A stretch of DNA of 64,000 bases from a virus. Its lineage: Duplodnaviria > Caudoviricetes. The notes beneath the pieces were generated by a model. The model was not told the origin of the DNA and did not search any database. It was given only the letters and a program-made list of their open reading frames with translations. Location: the IMG/VR virus record IMGVR_UViG_3300031857_000014. One strand, given 5' to 3'. Position numbers and translations under genes: made by a program. Each line of letters opens with the position of its first letter. Position 1 is the first letter of the stretch. Positions 51,762-62,259 of the stretch are shown here, piece after piece.

Positions 51762-52187
51762 CTAATTTTTACTTTTAGAGAAATTAAATAGATTTTTGTC
51801 AGATAAACCATTATCGATAATGGTTTCTGTAATATATTTTATAGTTGACTTTATTTCTTTTGATTTAACATCAAACTTTTTTTCTACGTATAAAGTAACC
51901 TCTAAATTCATAAAGGATTTTTTTTCTTTTTTAATTCCTTTTGTCCTTATGTCTAAATCAACTATAGATTGTGGTTTAAAATATTCTAATTTGAGATTAG
52001 AAATTATTTCTTTAATTAATCTTCTTGATTTCAAAATAGTAAAATCAAAATCTTCATTTTCGTTTTTTGGTTGAACCCAAGAATTAATTTTTAAATAAAT
52101 TGTTTTTAAATTTTTAGAATCTACTGTTCCATATCCAATTTTTACATCATTGTAAATTCCTAATGGAATAAACTTACCGGTTTTCAT
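51762..52187 (-). CDS. Hypothetical protein
   Basis: 141-aa ORF in the head module. Confidence 0.7.
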   Translation of the reverse strand: MKTGKFIPLGIYNDVKIGYGTVDSKNLKTIYLKINSWVQPKNENEDFDFTILKSRRLIKEIISNLKLEYFKPQSIVDLDIRTKGIKKEKKSFMNLEVTLYVEKKFDVKSKEIKSTIKYITETIIDNGLSDKNLFNFSKSKN

Positions 52188-52287
52188 TAATTTTTCATGT
52201 TATAATATTTTTATGGTGTTAATAAAATATAATATAATTTTTAGTAAAAAACAAATTTTTTTATATTTTTTTCAAATACTTATTTTT

Positions 52288-52479
52288 ATGATTATTATTG
52301 ATGTAACAAAAGAAAAAAATATTGAAACCGCGTTGAAAAACTATAAAAACAAGGTGAATAGAATTAAACAAATTCAAAAATTGAAAGAGAGAAAAGAATA
52401 CGTGAAACCCTCTGTAGTTAAAAGAGAAATTATATTAAAAGCTAAATTTAAAAATAAAATGAAAAATGGTCTTAATTAA
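52288..52479 (+). CDS. rpsU: Ribosomal protein bS21
   Basis: Likely start at ATG 52288: MIIIDVTKEKNIETALKNYKNKV...LKERKEYVKPSVVKR (bS21 signature ALKxxKxK...R..Y.KPS..R). Confidence 0.85.
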   Translation: MIIIDVTKEKNIETALKNYKNKVNRIKQIQKLKERKEYVKPSVVKREIILKAKFKNKMKNGLN

Positions 52480-53219
52480 AGACCATTTTTTAATTCTTTA
52501 AGTTTGTAATAATTGTATTTTGAAATTTCCATAGAATCCACTTCTTTTTTAACAGATTCTAATTTTGATATAACATCTGATTGTATGTATTTTGACTCAG
52601 ATAAGATACCATTGATTTTTTGATTGATATCTTCTTTTAATTCTTTTGTTTTTTCTTTTAAATCTTCGTCATTAAATGATAAAATGTCCTTTAATTCTTT
52701 TCTCTGATTCTCATTTAATGAATCATTATATAAAACATTGAAATTATTGACAAGTACTGCATTTAATAAACCTAAATTTGGTATTAATGTTTCCGATTCC
52801 TCAAGTTTTACAGATTCTTTTTTAGTTGTTAAAAACTTAATTAAATTATCCTTCGCTAATACTTTTTTATCTATGTTTAACAAACTATCATCCTCTGATA
52901 AAATATCTAAGTATTCATATACTTGATTGTTATCACAGTTATAATCTTGAATATGTTCGTAAAGTGTTTTGTTAAATTTATATAATTCTTTAGTCTTATC
53001 TTTTAATAGATTAATTATACTTTCAACGTATACTTTCGCAACATTTTTATCTTCAAAATATTTGTTTTCTATTTCTTCATAAAATAGATATAATTCTTTG
53101 AAACTTTTATTCTCTTTTATGATTTCCATAATAGATTTTACATCTGTCATGTTTTTTTCAGAATACGATTCAGATATTCTTGTCAGTAATTTTGATTTTA
53201 ATTTACCAAAACTGTTCAT
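52476..53219 (-). CDS. Hypothetical protein downstream of portal
   Basis: 247-aa helical ORF. Confidence 0.7.
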   Translation of the reverse strand: MNSFGKLKSKLLTRISESYSEKNMTDVKSIMEIIKENKSFKELYLFYEEIENKYFEDKNVAKVYVESIINLLKDKTKELYKFNKTLYEHIQDYNCDNNQVYEYLDILSEDDSLLNIDKKVLAKDNLIKFLTTKKESVKLEESETLIPNLGLLNAVLVNNFNVLYNDSLNENQRKELKDILSFNDEDLKEKTKELKEDINQKINGILSESKYIQSDVISKLESVKKEVDSMEISKYNYYKLKELKNGL

Positions 53220-53221
53220 GT

Positions 53222-55018
53222 TTAATCGTTTAATATGTCTTTTAATTTATTTTCTATTTCATAAATATTCTCTTGCGCCTTATTAAAATCAAATTCTTCA
53301 TTTTCATCTAACATTTCTGTTATTTTTAATTTTTTTGATTCACTTAAAGGAGCTTCACCACCACCTGTTGGAGGTGGTGGAGGAGGAGAACCACCACCCA
53401 ATTCACCACCCATACCACCGGGAGATTCACCTGGAGCACCCGCACTTGCTTCTCTTTCTTTTTCGGGTATACCGTACTTATTGTCTACATTATCAAATAC
53501 TCCTGAACGTTTAATAACATTTTGTGTGTTAGTTAACTCAAAACCAATAGCTCTTTCAAGTCTTTGTTGCTGTAAATCAAGAATAACTTCATTATCACTC
53601 ATACCAAGAATATTTTTCTTAGCCCATGTATGAGAAACAGGTAAAATACCTATTTGAGATTGGTCAGATGTTGCATCCTTATAAAGAGTTATCTTTTCTT
53701 TCCATTGTTCAATCTTTAATAATTCTGATTGAGAAGATGGGTTAGTTAAAGATAATTGAAAATTATTTAATTCATCTTCTAAACCTAATAAGTATAAATG
53801 AATTAACGCAATTTTATTTAATTCCTGAATTAATGATTTTTGAATTCTATTAATTGTTCTCGCAAAACGTATATCCATTAGTGCAAGATTCTTACCGTCA
53901 CCCACAGCATCTTCAAACCCTAAAAAAGCTTTAGGTATTCTCAATGCAGCTAATAATTTCTTTTGAATATATTCTATATCGGCGATTTCACCTAAGTTTT
54001 GAGCACCTGCTAATGTTTCAATAGGGTTAGTCGCAGCTGGATCACGAACAGGAATAAAATAATCTTGGTCTACCGCCATTTGATTATATCTCATATCAAT
54101 TTGTCCATTCTTAGGGTCAGCAATAGGTTGTCTTTTAAATTTATTCGCAACCCTTTGTACGTAAGCTTCAATATCCTTATCATCCATATTACCAACAAAG
54201 ACTTTAAACACACGTCTCTCCGGTGCTCTTGATGTTCTATAAATTAACATAGCGTCTTCGGCTAAAAGTAGTTGTTTCCAAATTCTTCTAACTTTATCTA
54301 ACATTGATGTACCATAAGGTAATTTTCTATCATCACCTAATAATCTAAAATGTCCAATTTCCCATGATTGAAATTCCATGTCTTTATTTTTCCATTGAAA
54401 TCTCAATTCTCTAGTTGGCATTTTCATTTCAGGATTTTGATTGGGTGTTTTTGATGAAACACCTTCCAATCTTTCTATTTCAATATTTGGTAACTGTTGA
54501 CAACCAATAATTCCTTTTTCGGGATTTATTTTGAGATAGATAAAATTGTCACCATATTTACATAATCCTCTAGCCCACATTTGTAAATTTGTGTTTATGT
54601 CTAATCTGTTACTAAATAAATCTTCTAAAATATTTTTAACTCTGGTTGATTCTGAATATATCGTTAATATTTCACCTTTTTCTGACATTGTTGTTGATTC
54701 TTCAGCGTAAATGTCTAAAGCAGCAGATATCTCCGGAGTAAACTCCATAGATTCATAATCATAGTATGCTGCTAATCTATTTGGTTCATAATATACTGAT
54801 TGATTATATAGTGATTGATCTAATTTAGCCCATTTATCTGCGATATATGTACTTTGTTGTGCTTGAAGTAATGCGTTTTCGTATTCTTCTTTACTATCCG
54901 TTTTCAGTAACTCATCCTTACTAAATGTAAATGATTGTTTTTCTTCAGGTTTTGATTGACCCGGAAACCCAAACATCTTAGTGAGTTTCTGAAATACCGT
55001 TAAATTTTGATTATCCAT
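53222..55018 (-). CDS. gp20: Portal protein (T4 gp20-like)
   Basis: YESME..PEISAALDIYAEE, EDAMLIYRTSRAPERRVF, QDYFIP, LAALRIPKAFL. Confidence 0.95.
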   Translation of the reverse strand: MDNQNLTVFQKLTKMFGFPGQSKPEEKQSFTFSKDELLKTDSKEEYENALLQAQQSTYIADKWAKLDQSLYNQSVYYEPNRLAAYYDYESMEFTPEISAALDIYAEESTTMSEKGEILTIYSESTRVKNILEDLFSNRLDINTNLQMWARGLCKYGDNFIYLKINPEKGIIGCQQLPNIEIERLEGVSSKTPNQNPEMKMPTRELRFQWKNKDMEFQSWEIGHFRLLGDDRKLPYGTSMLDKVRRIWKQLLLAEDAMLIYRTSRAPERRVFKVFVGNMDDKDIEAYVQRVANKFKRQPIADPKNGQIDMRYNQMAVDQDYFIPVRDPAATNPIETLAGAQNLGEIADIEYIQKKLLAALRIPKAFLGFEDAVGDGKNLALMDIRFARTINRIQKSLIQELNKIALIHLYLLGLEDELNNFQLSLTNPSSQSELLKIEQWKEKITLYKDATSDQSQIGILPVSHTWAKKNILGMSDNEVILDLQQQRLERAIGFELTNTQNVIKRSGVFDNVDNKYGIPEKEREASAGAPGESPGGMGGELGGGSPPPPPPTGGGEAPLSESKKLKITEMLDENEEFDFNKAQENIYEIENKLKDILND

Positions 55019-55069
55019 ATAAGTAAATACTTTTGTTTAAAATAAACTAAAATATCAATAGTTTAAAGG

Positions 55070-56848
55070 TTATTTCTTAGTACCAAATAACCACGAATAT
55101 TCTTGATATGCGTCTTTATTTGATGATATATTATTCATATTAGAATTTAATCCTGGATTATCCATTTGAGTTAAACCAACCGGATCAAAAGACGTTCCGT
55201 ATGAATAAAATGATTTATTAGGTTCATATGTTCTTTCACTTACTGTCCAAGACTCTAACATGGCTTTATTTGCCGATTCATTTCTTTGAAGTTGGTTAAA
55301 ACATATATCACCAGCATATAACGCCATAGATATACTCATAATTGCATCGTCATGAGCACCTTTCATGTGGTCAGGTCTACCATTAATATAAACAAACGTG
55401 TTTAATTCATTTAATAATCTATTCGATCTAATTAAGAATCCTTTTCTAACTTGTTCTTCAAATGCAGCAACAATTTGAGTTCTTTTGTTATTAAAATTTA
55501 TACCGGGAATTTTATCCATTACTTTTCTATTATATTCCCAAATATTTTGTGTATTAATACCTTCAATATATAAATTTTTATAATTCATTTCTTGAAGTTT
55601 TCTTGATGTAGCAATTCCCATACCACCAGTTATATCTGTAACAATAAATGAATTACCATAAAGAATACCCCATTTATATGCGATTGACGCCAAATCATCT
55701 GGAGGAATTTTTCCTATATATTCTAAAACTTGTTCTCTATCATCAAAATCAATTATATTGATTGCTGAAAAATCTTCACTATCACCTCTACTCACATCAA
55801 CACCCATAATATATCGGTGACCAACAATAGGTTCTTTCCATTGCCAAAGAGTACCTTGCATATACTTTTCAATCGGTTGTCTAACCATATTCTTTGCAAT
55901 ATTCTCTTGTATTTCACCTGGAATAACACCATCACCTGAACCTAAAAAGTCACATTCCAATTCCTGAGCAATCTTACGTCTATCATATTTGAATTTTTTA
56001 GACATAGATTCAAACCAAGAAGAAAAAGGTTTGTATCCTTGTTCTTCATACTCACGATATTTTTCAATATCAAAATCGTACATAACAACTTCATCATCAT
56101 TATATTGTTCTCTATTCAACATGTAATGACATATGTCAGCACATTTAATCCACCTTAAATCCTTAGTATATCTTGGGTCTTTAAACCATCTTAAATCAGT
56201 AATATGAAAATCATTTATACCACGTAGAGCCTGATCATAAACACCATAATAAATTGGGTCATATCCATTTGGTGTTGAAATAAGAATAATCTTACCACCG
56301 GTAGACAATGACGCCATAGACGCCGCCCAAAAATCTTCTCCTGCTTCAATATAAGCAGCCTCATCAAATACAAGTATTGTTGGAGTATAACCACGTAACG
56401 CATCCGCAGATGTTGCTACCGCTTTTACTTCACAACCATTGTTTAATCTAAATCTACTTTCTGAATTTTTATCCGGGTGAAAACCAACATTAATCCATTC
56501 AGGCCATTGGTCTAAGAAATGTCTAACCTTATTGGCCATTTCAATTGCGGTATCTCTCTTGTTTGCAATAATCAAAACCCTTTCAGGATTTTCGGGTTTT
56601 GCTGTCTGAAGTTTCTTTGATATCCATGCAGCGGTAACTGTTGACACACCCGCCTGTCTATATTTCCTTGTTATATTCTCATTATAAGTTTCGTAATCTT
56701 TAATTAACTGAACTTGGTCAGGGAATAATTCTAAAGGAACAAATTTCTTTTGTGTATTATCATAAGTTGTTAGATATGTTTTGAGAGCATATGGAGCATC
56801 TTTGATAATACGAGCATATTCTTTTAACTGCTCAATTTTACTATTCAT
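55070..56848 (-). CDS. terL: Terminase large subunit (T4 gp17-like)
   Basis: Likely start at ATG 56848 (MNSKIEQL). RKYRQAGVST, LVFDEAAYI, ISTPNG, QELECDFLGS, GVDVSRG, HDDAIMS. Confidence 0.95.
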   Translation of the reverse strand: MNSKIEQLKEYARIIKDAPYALKTYLTTYDNTQKKFVPLELFPDQVQLIKDYETYNENITRKYRQAGVSTVTAAWISKKLQTAKPENPERVLIIANKRDTAIEMANKVRHFLDQWPEWINVGFHPDKNSESRFRLNNGCEVKAVATSADALRGYTPTILVFDEAAYIEAGEDFWAASMASLSTGGKIILISTPNGYDPIYYGVYDQALRGINDFHITDLRWFKDPRYTKDLRWIKCADICHYMLNREQYNDDEVVMYDFDIEKYREYEEQGYKPFSSWFESMSKKFKYDRRKIAQELECDFLGSGDGVIPGEIQENIAKNMVRQPIEKYMQGTLWQWKEPIVGHRYIMGVDVSRGDSEDFSAINIIDFDDREQVLEYIGKIPPDDLASIAYKWGILYGNSFIVTDITGGMGIATSRKLQEMNYKNLYIEGINTQNIWEYNRKVMDKIPGINFNNKRTQIVAAFEEQVRKGFLIRSNRLLNELNTFVYINGRPDHMKGAHDDAIMSISMALYAGDICFNQLQRNESANKAMLESWTVSERTYEPNKSFYSYGTSFDPVGLTQMDNPGLNSNMNNISSNKDAYQEYSWLFGTKK

Positions 56849-56863
56849 ACATATAAATACAAA

Positions 56864-56886
56864 AAAAGGTGGTAAAACCACCTTTT
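56864..56886 (-). terminator. Terminator upstream of terL late promoter
   Basis: AAAAGGTGGT-N3-ACCACCTTTT, immediately followed on the minus strand by TATTTATA (56852-56859). Confidence 0.75.
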
Positions 56887-56890
56887 CGTA

Positions 56891-58210
56891 TTAATTATCA
56901 CTTGGCATGTCTATACCTAAACCACCAAGAAAATCTCGTAAATCATCATCGTCAGTATCATCCGTGATATCGTCTAAATCACTTTCGAACTGTTGAACCG
57001 CTTGTTCAAATTCTTCGTCTTTTAACATTTTTTCAATACCATCCATTAACTCATTCATAAGTCTTTTACCTTTATCAGTACCACCTATGACCTCTTTAGC
57101 AAATACTAAGAAATTTCTTGCTGGTAGTTTGAATATTTCCGCAATTAAATAATTCTGTAATTCGTATTTATCCGTATCAGTTAAAATTTCTTCAGGGAAT
57201 TGTTGTCTAATTCTGTCCCAAATAGCTGGACCTAATCTTAAATCCCACATTTCTTTTTCTAATGTATCTTCAGACGCTTGTACCGCACTAAATGTTTCTT
57301 CATCACTTGGGTCACCATGATGCGACAATAATTCTAACCAACCTTTAATTAATTCATGAACTAATACAGGGAAGTTTATTGCTCTCACAGTAATCTTTGG
57401 TGGATCAGAATTTCTATCAACGGACTCTTTACCACCAACCATAGGTTCTCCACCTCCACCTCCCATCATCATCTGCATTTGGTCATCACCTAATTGCCAA
57501 TATAGAGTATCATTAATTGACATTAACACACCATATTGATTAATTAAATTTTCAGAACCGGTAATTTCTCTTATTTTATCAGCAACATAATGGTACATGT
57601 AATGACCCCTTTTTGATGCTCCTTGAATTATATTGTTTATTAATCTTCTTTTAGCCTTTTCTAAATCTAAATTTTGTAAATCGTTTGCTAAATCTTCTTC
57701 AACTTCTAAATTAACTTCAGGAGCGTTTTGTTGTCCTTGATTTTCTCTATTAAAATCACTAGCATCTATTTCTCCTAAACCAACAATTTTTGCATCAAAT
57801 TCAACAGCACCTTCAGGTATTGAAAATTCTTTCATAACTAATTCAATACCTAATTTTTCTAATGCGTCTCTGTGTGCTCTTTCAGTTTGAACAATTTGAT
57901 TATGAGCACCCATCATCATTTGAGTCAATGGACCTAAATCACCCATAGTTCTCAAAGGAGTATTAACACCAGTATATTGTCTAACTTTTTGAATTACTTG
58001 TTTATATCTTTCAGACGCTAGCAACTCCTGAAAGTTTTTGTTTGGTTCGTCACCTGTTTTAGGTAACGGTACCTTTTTTAAAGGAGTATCACCGGCAGCC
58101 AATTTTGCTTGGATGTCGGGACTTGGTCTATCTTCCGTATCAAAGTCCATTGCCATTTCTTCTATGTTTTCTTTGATGAAAGATAACAAATTTTTTTTAC
58201 TTATTTCCAT
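56891..58210 (-). CDS. Hypothetical protein
   Basis: 439-aa ORF in the head module. Confidence 0.75.
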   Translation of the reverse strand: MEISKKNLLSFIKENIEEMAMDFDTEDRPSPDIQAKLAAGDTPLKKVPLPKTGDEPNKNFQELLASERYKQVIQKVRQYTGVNTPLRTMGDLGPLTQMMMGAHNQIVQTERAHRDALEKLGIELVMKEFSIPEGAVEFDAKIVGLGEIDASDFNRENQGQQNAPEVNLEVEEDLANDLQNLDLEKAKRRLINNIIQGASKRGHYMYHYVADKIREITGSENLINQYGVLMSINDTLYWQLGDDQMQMMMGGGGGEPMVGGKESVDRNSDPPKITVRAINFPVLVHELIKGWLELLSHHGDPSDEETFSAVQASEDTLEKEMWDLRLGPAIWDRIRQQFPEEILTDTDKYELQNYLIAEIFKLPARNFLVFAKEVIGGTDKGKRLMNELMDGIEKMLKDEEFEQAVQQFESDLDDITDDTDDDDLRDFLGGLGIDMPSDN

Positions 58211-59393
58211 TTTTCAAACTTTTTTTCTCGGATAACGCTTTTGGTTTATGATCCGGTCCGGGACCTGGTATGTAAGACGGTTTTTTTGGTTTTTCTCCCG
58301 GAGTTGGTATAGGTTTTTCTCTTACAGGTGTTTCAGTTGGTGCCGGTTTTTCCTTTGTTTCACTTGAACTCATAATTGAGTCATATGTCATAAATTCAGG
58401 AACACCATTATGTCCTTTTTTAGCCTTAGTTGATGGCATTGGAATCGCAGCTGTTTCAACCTCGTTAAGTTTTGTTTTAATTAACTCCATAATTTCATTT
58501 TTAGATGTAAATGGATGATAATTATTTTCCACAATATCTTCAACCCAATTTCTAATTTCTTTAGTTTCTTTTAAATTTTTAAGTGTCTTTGCAAGTCTTG
58601 CTCTTTGACCTAATTTACCACCTTTTTTTGCAGCTGCTTTCAATTTACCTGCAGGAATTGTTTCGTCTTTTTTTACACCTAACGCCTTTTTTAATGAACC
58701 TTTTTTGGAAGGATGTAACGCTTTTTGAATCCATTTTTTATCATTTTCATTAACCACATTATCTTCATTTGATAATTTATAAGCGTTAAATTCAATACCT
58801 GATTTTCTGACAGCACCAACAATTACACCTTCTTCTTTCATCTCGTTCGCCATTTGATTCACAAGTTCTTCTGAAACTCCACGAAAACTAACTAATCCCG
58901 CATATTCGTATTTATATCCCGTTCCTTCAGATTTTGTAAAACCTCTAACACCTGTTGTAATTGTTTTATATGGTTTCAGTTCGTGTTTTTTAAAGATACG
59001 ATTAATCACTTTTTTGACAGGACTCATTTCACCTTCTTTCATTTCAGTTTTTTTACTTCTAAGTAATTTGAAATCTTCTTTATCTATTTTACCATTTTTA
59101 TTTTTGTCTAAAGCGGATAATTGTTTCTTTGTTGGTTTAGTTTTTTCTTCTTTTGTTACTTGTATATGACCTTGTTTAGAAATATCCGCAACTTTTTTTG
59201 GGTCATTAATTATTGTATTGATAGCCTCAGCGTCCTTTGGGTTATTCATGCTATAAACCTTAACTTGCTTAGTCAACTCCTCATTTAACATTCTTTCACA
59301 TAAAGAATTAAGTTGTTTATCTGTTAAATTTACTAATGTATTTCTGGAAAGACCTTCACCTAAAAGTCTTCTTACCATTTCAACTCTTGTCAT
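58197..59393 (-). CDS. Modular hypothetical protein with EF-hand-like loop and basic module
   Basis: DKNKNGKIDKED loop; KWIQKAL..KKGSLKKALGV...RARLAKTLK module. Confidence 0.65.
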   Translation of the reverse strand: MTRVEMVRRLLGEGLSRNTLVNLTDKQLNSLCERMLNEELTKQVKVYSMNNPKDAEAINTIINDPKKVADISKQGHIQVTKEEKTKPTKKQLSALDKNKNGKIDKEDFKLLRSKKTEMKEGEMSPVKKVINRIFKKHELKPYKTITTGVRGFTKSEGTGYKYEYAGLVSFRGVSEELVNQMANEMKEEGVIVGAVRKSGIEFNAYKLSNEDNVVNENDKKWIQKALHPSKKGSLKKALGVKKDETIPAGKLKAAAKKGGKLGQRARLAKTLKNLKETKEIRNWVEDIVENNYHPFTSKNEIMELIKTKLNEVETAAIPMPSTKAKKGHNGVPEFMTYDSIMSSSETKEKPAPTETPVREKPIPTPGEKPKKPSYIPGPGPDHKPKALSEKKSLKNGNK

Positions 59394-59791
59394 ATTGTTT
59401 TGAATTTAATTTCTTCGTTAATAAGTAAGTAACCTCTTACTTTTAATTTTTTGGTTACGTTATCTAATGTCTCACCAAATTTAAATGTCAATCTTTCATC
59501 TTCGGAATCAATATCAAATTTTTCCCAAGCTAATGAAATTACACCATCTACAGCATCAATAACTCCGAAATAATCGGAGTTTTGAATCAGTTCTAAATTC
59601 AGGTTGGTATCTTTTAACAAACCAACCAAATCAATATATTCAACGTTTGGTGATTTTTGTCCTGTAGATAAAGATGCAGGAATTACAAACCATTCATCCA
59701 TGTCAAATTCTGAGCTCTTACTGAAAATGAACTCATATTGTTTCTGACCCTTGTAATCTGAACCAATTTCATTGACATAGATTAATTTCAT
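59390..59791 (-). CDS. Hypothetical protein
   Basis: 133-aa ORF, coupled to its neighbours. Confidence 0.7.
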   Translation of the reverse strand: MKLIYVNEIGSDYKGQKQYEFIFSKSSEFDMDEWFVIPASLSTGQKSPNVEYIDLVGLLKDTNLNLELIQNSDYFGVIDAVDGVISLAWEKFDIDSEDERLTFKFGETLDNVTKKLKVRGYLLINEEIKFKTI

Positions 59792-59793
59792 TA

Positions 59794-60801
59794 TTATTTG
59801 AAATATTTACTCAAAGTTTTATTTATCGAATCATTAATATCTCTCTTTATTTCATCCAAATCTAATTCTTGAATATCAGATTTACCTTCATTACCTAAAT
59901 CAGCGTACTTACTCAAATCAATTTCACCATAATTAGCAATTGGTGTATTAATAAAACTTTCTAGTTTGTCCATAGTTTCACCTAATTCAGATTCTTCGCC
60001 ACCCATTTCAGGTTCTTCTGACGGCATTTCTTCATCACCCATTTCAGGTTCTTCTGATGGGGATTCTTCACCTTCTTCTTTAGGTTCAAATTTTTTCGCA
60101 ATATCGTCTAAATCATCTTCTTCTAATTTCTCCAAATCAACCGCAGATATGACCATGTTTAAAACATATTTAATATCGTCACTTTCCATTTTTTGTTTTT
60201 GGTCTCTTAATTCTTGACCTAATTTACCTGCGAATTTTTGAATTTCAGCCATATAATCCGATGGTTTGGAACCTTCTTGACCACTCATTTCAGGTTCTTC
60301 TGATGGCATTTCTTCACCACCCATTTCTTCACTTGGTGGTGGCGGTGTCATTTCTTCACCTGATGGAGGTGGAGGAGGAGTCATTTCAGTAGAAGGTGCT
60401 GGAGGAGGAAAAGGAGGTACAGTTCCATCACTAGATGGTTCTTCAGAGGAACCTTCAGATTTTTGTTTTAATACATATTTGGTGGCTTCTTGTAATTCTT
60501 CTTGACCTTTTAATAATTCAAGTCTTTTCAACGCTTCCGCATATGAACTAAATTTATTTTTATTTTTCATGAATAATCCACCGATATAATCGAGTGAACT
60601 TTCATTCAAACCTTTCTTTACATAATATCCATCCTTCTCTTTTACGATTCCGTAAACACCATTATTAGATTCTTTTACTACTTGTACTTTAGAATCAGAT
60701 GGTTTATTATTGTTTGTTTTGTAGTATGTGAGTTCGAGGATTCTTTTTAATTTTTCGTCTCCTGCTAATTTCTCACTACCTAGTGGTTTGTATTCTCCCA
60801 T
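59794..60801 (-). CDS. Hypothetical acidic/Pro-rich protein
   Basis: 335 aa; EEMPSEEPEM repeats; late motif at 60836-60843. Confidence 0.7.
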   Translation of the reverse strand: MGEYKPLGSEKLAGDEKLKRILELTYYKTNNNKPSDSKVQVVKESNNGVYGIVKEKDGYYVKKGLNESSLDYIGGLFMKNKNKFSSYAEALKRLELLKGQEELQEATKYVLKQKSEGSSEEPSSDGTVPPFPPPAPSTEMTPPPPPSGEEMTPPPPSEEMGGEEMPSEEPEMSGQEGSKPSDYMAEIQKFAGKLGQELRDQKQKMESDDIKYVLNMVISAVDLEKLEEDDLDDIAKKFEPKEEGEESPSEEPEMGDEEMPSEEPEMGGEESELGETMDKLESFINTPIANYGEIDLSKYADLGNEGKSDIQELDLDEIKRDINDSINKTLSKYFK

Positions 60802-60871
60802 TTTTTAATAAAATTAAATTGGCTTATTCTTAACCTATAAATACAATGATAATTCAAAAAATTAACGTTAA

Positions 60872-61951
60872 TTATTGTGGTAGAGATAATTTTTTATCGA
60901 TTGCGGTACTTTTTAAATTAAGTAACTTCTCGATATATCCATTTCTTCTCAAAAGTTTGAATGTTAAATTTTCGTATGAATATTCACCACCATCCTCTAA
61001 ACCACTCTGTCTGAATTTTTTTATTTTATTTTTTAGGTCGTCTATTTTTTTAACTATGTCTTTATCATCACTATTTGAAACCAAATCATCTATCTGTTTA
61101 GCATATTCTTCACCTTTCTCTAGAATTTTCCTATCATCAATTTTAGTATTAACTTTTTGAGGTTCTACTAACCATTTATTGTGTAATATAGAATAAACTC
61201 CGGAGGAAATATGTTCTTCATCAATGTCTTGAACGTATAATTCAACATCAAATCCTTTTATTTTAATATTATGGTCTTTATTCCATACGTTCTTTTTACT
61301 ATTAAAAAATTCTTTTACGATATTATGAAGTATTTTTGAATCCGTTTTTTTACTATTATCAAATTCATCCATATCAAGAAGTATATGTAAGTCAACATCC
61401 GAGAATTCCGACCAATTAAAATTTGCTAATGAACCTGTTAAGATTATATCGTGTATAAAAAAATCAACATCTATAGATTCAATAAAATTATTAGCAATTT
61501 CTAATAATCTTTTTCTAATGTTTTCTTTCATTTCATAACCACTATCAACTCTACGGAATATATCATAACAAAGATGGTCTTTACTTTCAAATGAAGAAAT
61601 AATTTTTTTATCTAATTCTTTATCCTCTTCTAACTCACTTTCCTTACTTAAAATATGATTAATTAATTTAGTCATGTTTTCAGCGGTAAATCCTTGAGTT
61701 CCGATACTACCATTAGGTCTTCTTAAGATTTCTGTAGGTATTAATTTAAAATCACCATTTACAATTGAGGGGATTTTTTTAACATTTAACAGATTTAATA
61801 AATTCGCTCGATGATTACCATCATTTATCACATATGTATCATCTGGCATTTTAGAAATTTCAACAGGATTAGATATCACAAATTTTAATATTTTTTGGAT
61901 ATCCTGTTTATTATCTCTTAATTGATATATTAAATCTTTAAACTCACTCAT
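60872..61951 (-). CDS. Pol-beta-type nucleotidyltransferase fused to N-terminal ParB/Srx-like segment
   Basis: YVINDGNHRA (ParB/Srx-like); LTGSLANFNWSEFSDVDLHI and ELYVQD (NTase GS...DxD...E). Confidence 0.75.
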   Translation of the reverse strand: MSEFKDLIYQLRDNKQDIQKILKFVISNPVEISKMPDDTYVINDGNHRANLLNLLNVKKIPSIVNGDFKLIPTEILRRPNGSIGTQGFTAENMTKLINHILSKESELEEDKELDKKIISSFESKDHLCYDIFRRVDSGYEMKENIRKRLLEIANNFIESIDVDFFIHDIILTGSLANFNWSEFSDVDLHILLDMDEFDNSKKTDSKILHNIVKEFFNSKKNVWNKDHNIKIKGFDVELYVQDIDEEHISSGVYSILHNKWLVEPQKVNTKIDDRKILEKGEEYAKQIDDLVSNSDDKDIVKKIDDLKNKIKKFRQSGLEDGGEYSYENLTFKLLRRNGYIEKLLNLKSTAIDKKLSLPQ

Positions 61952-62193
61952 TTTACTTTAGTGTATTTATAATTTTTTGATATATTCTGATTAAAAAACT
62001 TTCCCTGAGATTCCGCTAACCTTAATTTCGCAAACACTTCCCATGGAACTTTATTATACTCATAAATAGAGCCATTATTAAAAGTGATAGTTAAATCTTC
62101 TGATTCGGTATTAAATGATGCTGATTTAAGATTACTTGAATTGATTTCAACCATAATCATTTTACCTTCAATTTTTTCTGATGTAATTGCCAT
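61948..62193 (-). CDS. KTSC domain protein
   Basis: SSNLKSASFN......L.ITFNNGSIYEY..VP...F..L..AESQGKFFNQNI. Confidence 0.9.
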   Translation of the reverse strand: MAITSEKIEGKMIMVEINSSNLKSASFNTESEDLTITFNNGSIYEYNKVPWEVFAKLRLAESQGKFFNQNISKNYKYTKVK

Positions 62194-62237
62194 AATATTT
62201 CTTTTTAAAGAATATACTTAATAAATATCAAATAAAA

Positions 62238-62259
62238 AACCCTCCGTAATAGGAGGGTT
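62238..62259 (-). terminator. Terminator after hsp20
   Basis: AACCCTCC-N6-GGAGGGTT with U-tract on the minus strand. Confidence 0.8.

Noticed and set aside
61620-61951. ParB-like segment as the cognate binder of the parS site
   Set aside because: It has only a partial ParB/Srx-type motif and no visible HTH DNA-binding domain, so host ParB is the more plausible binder.
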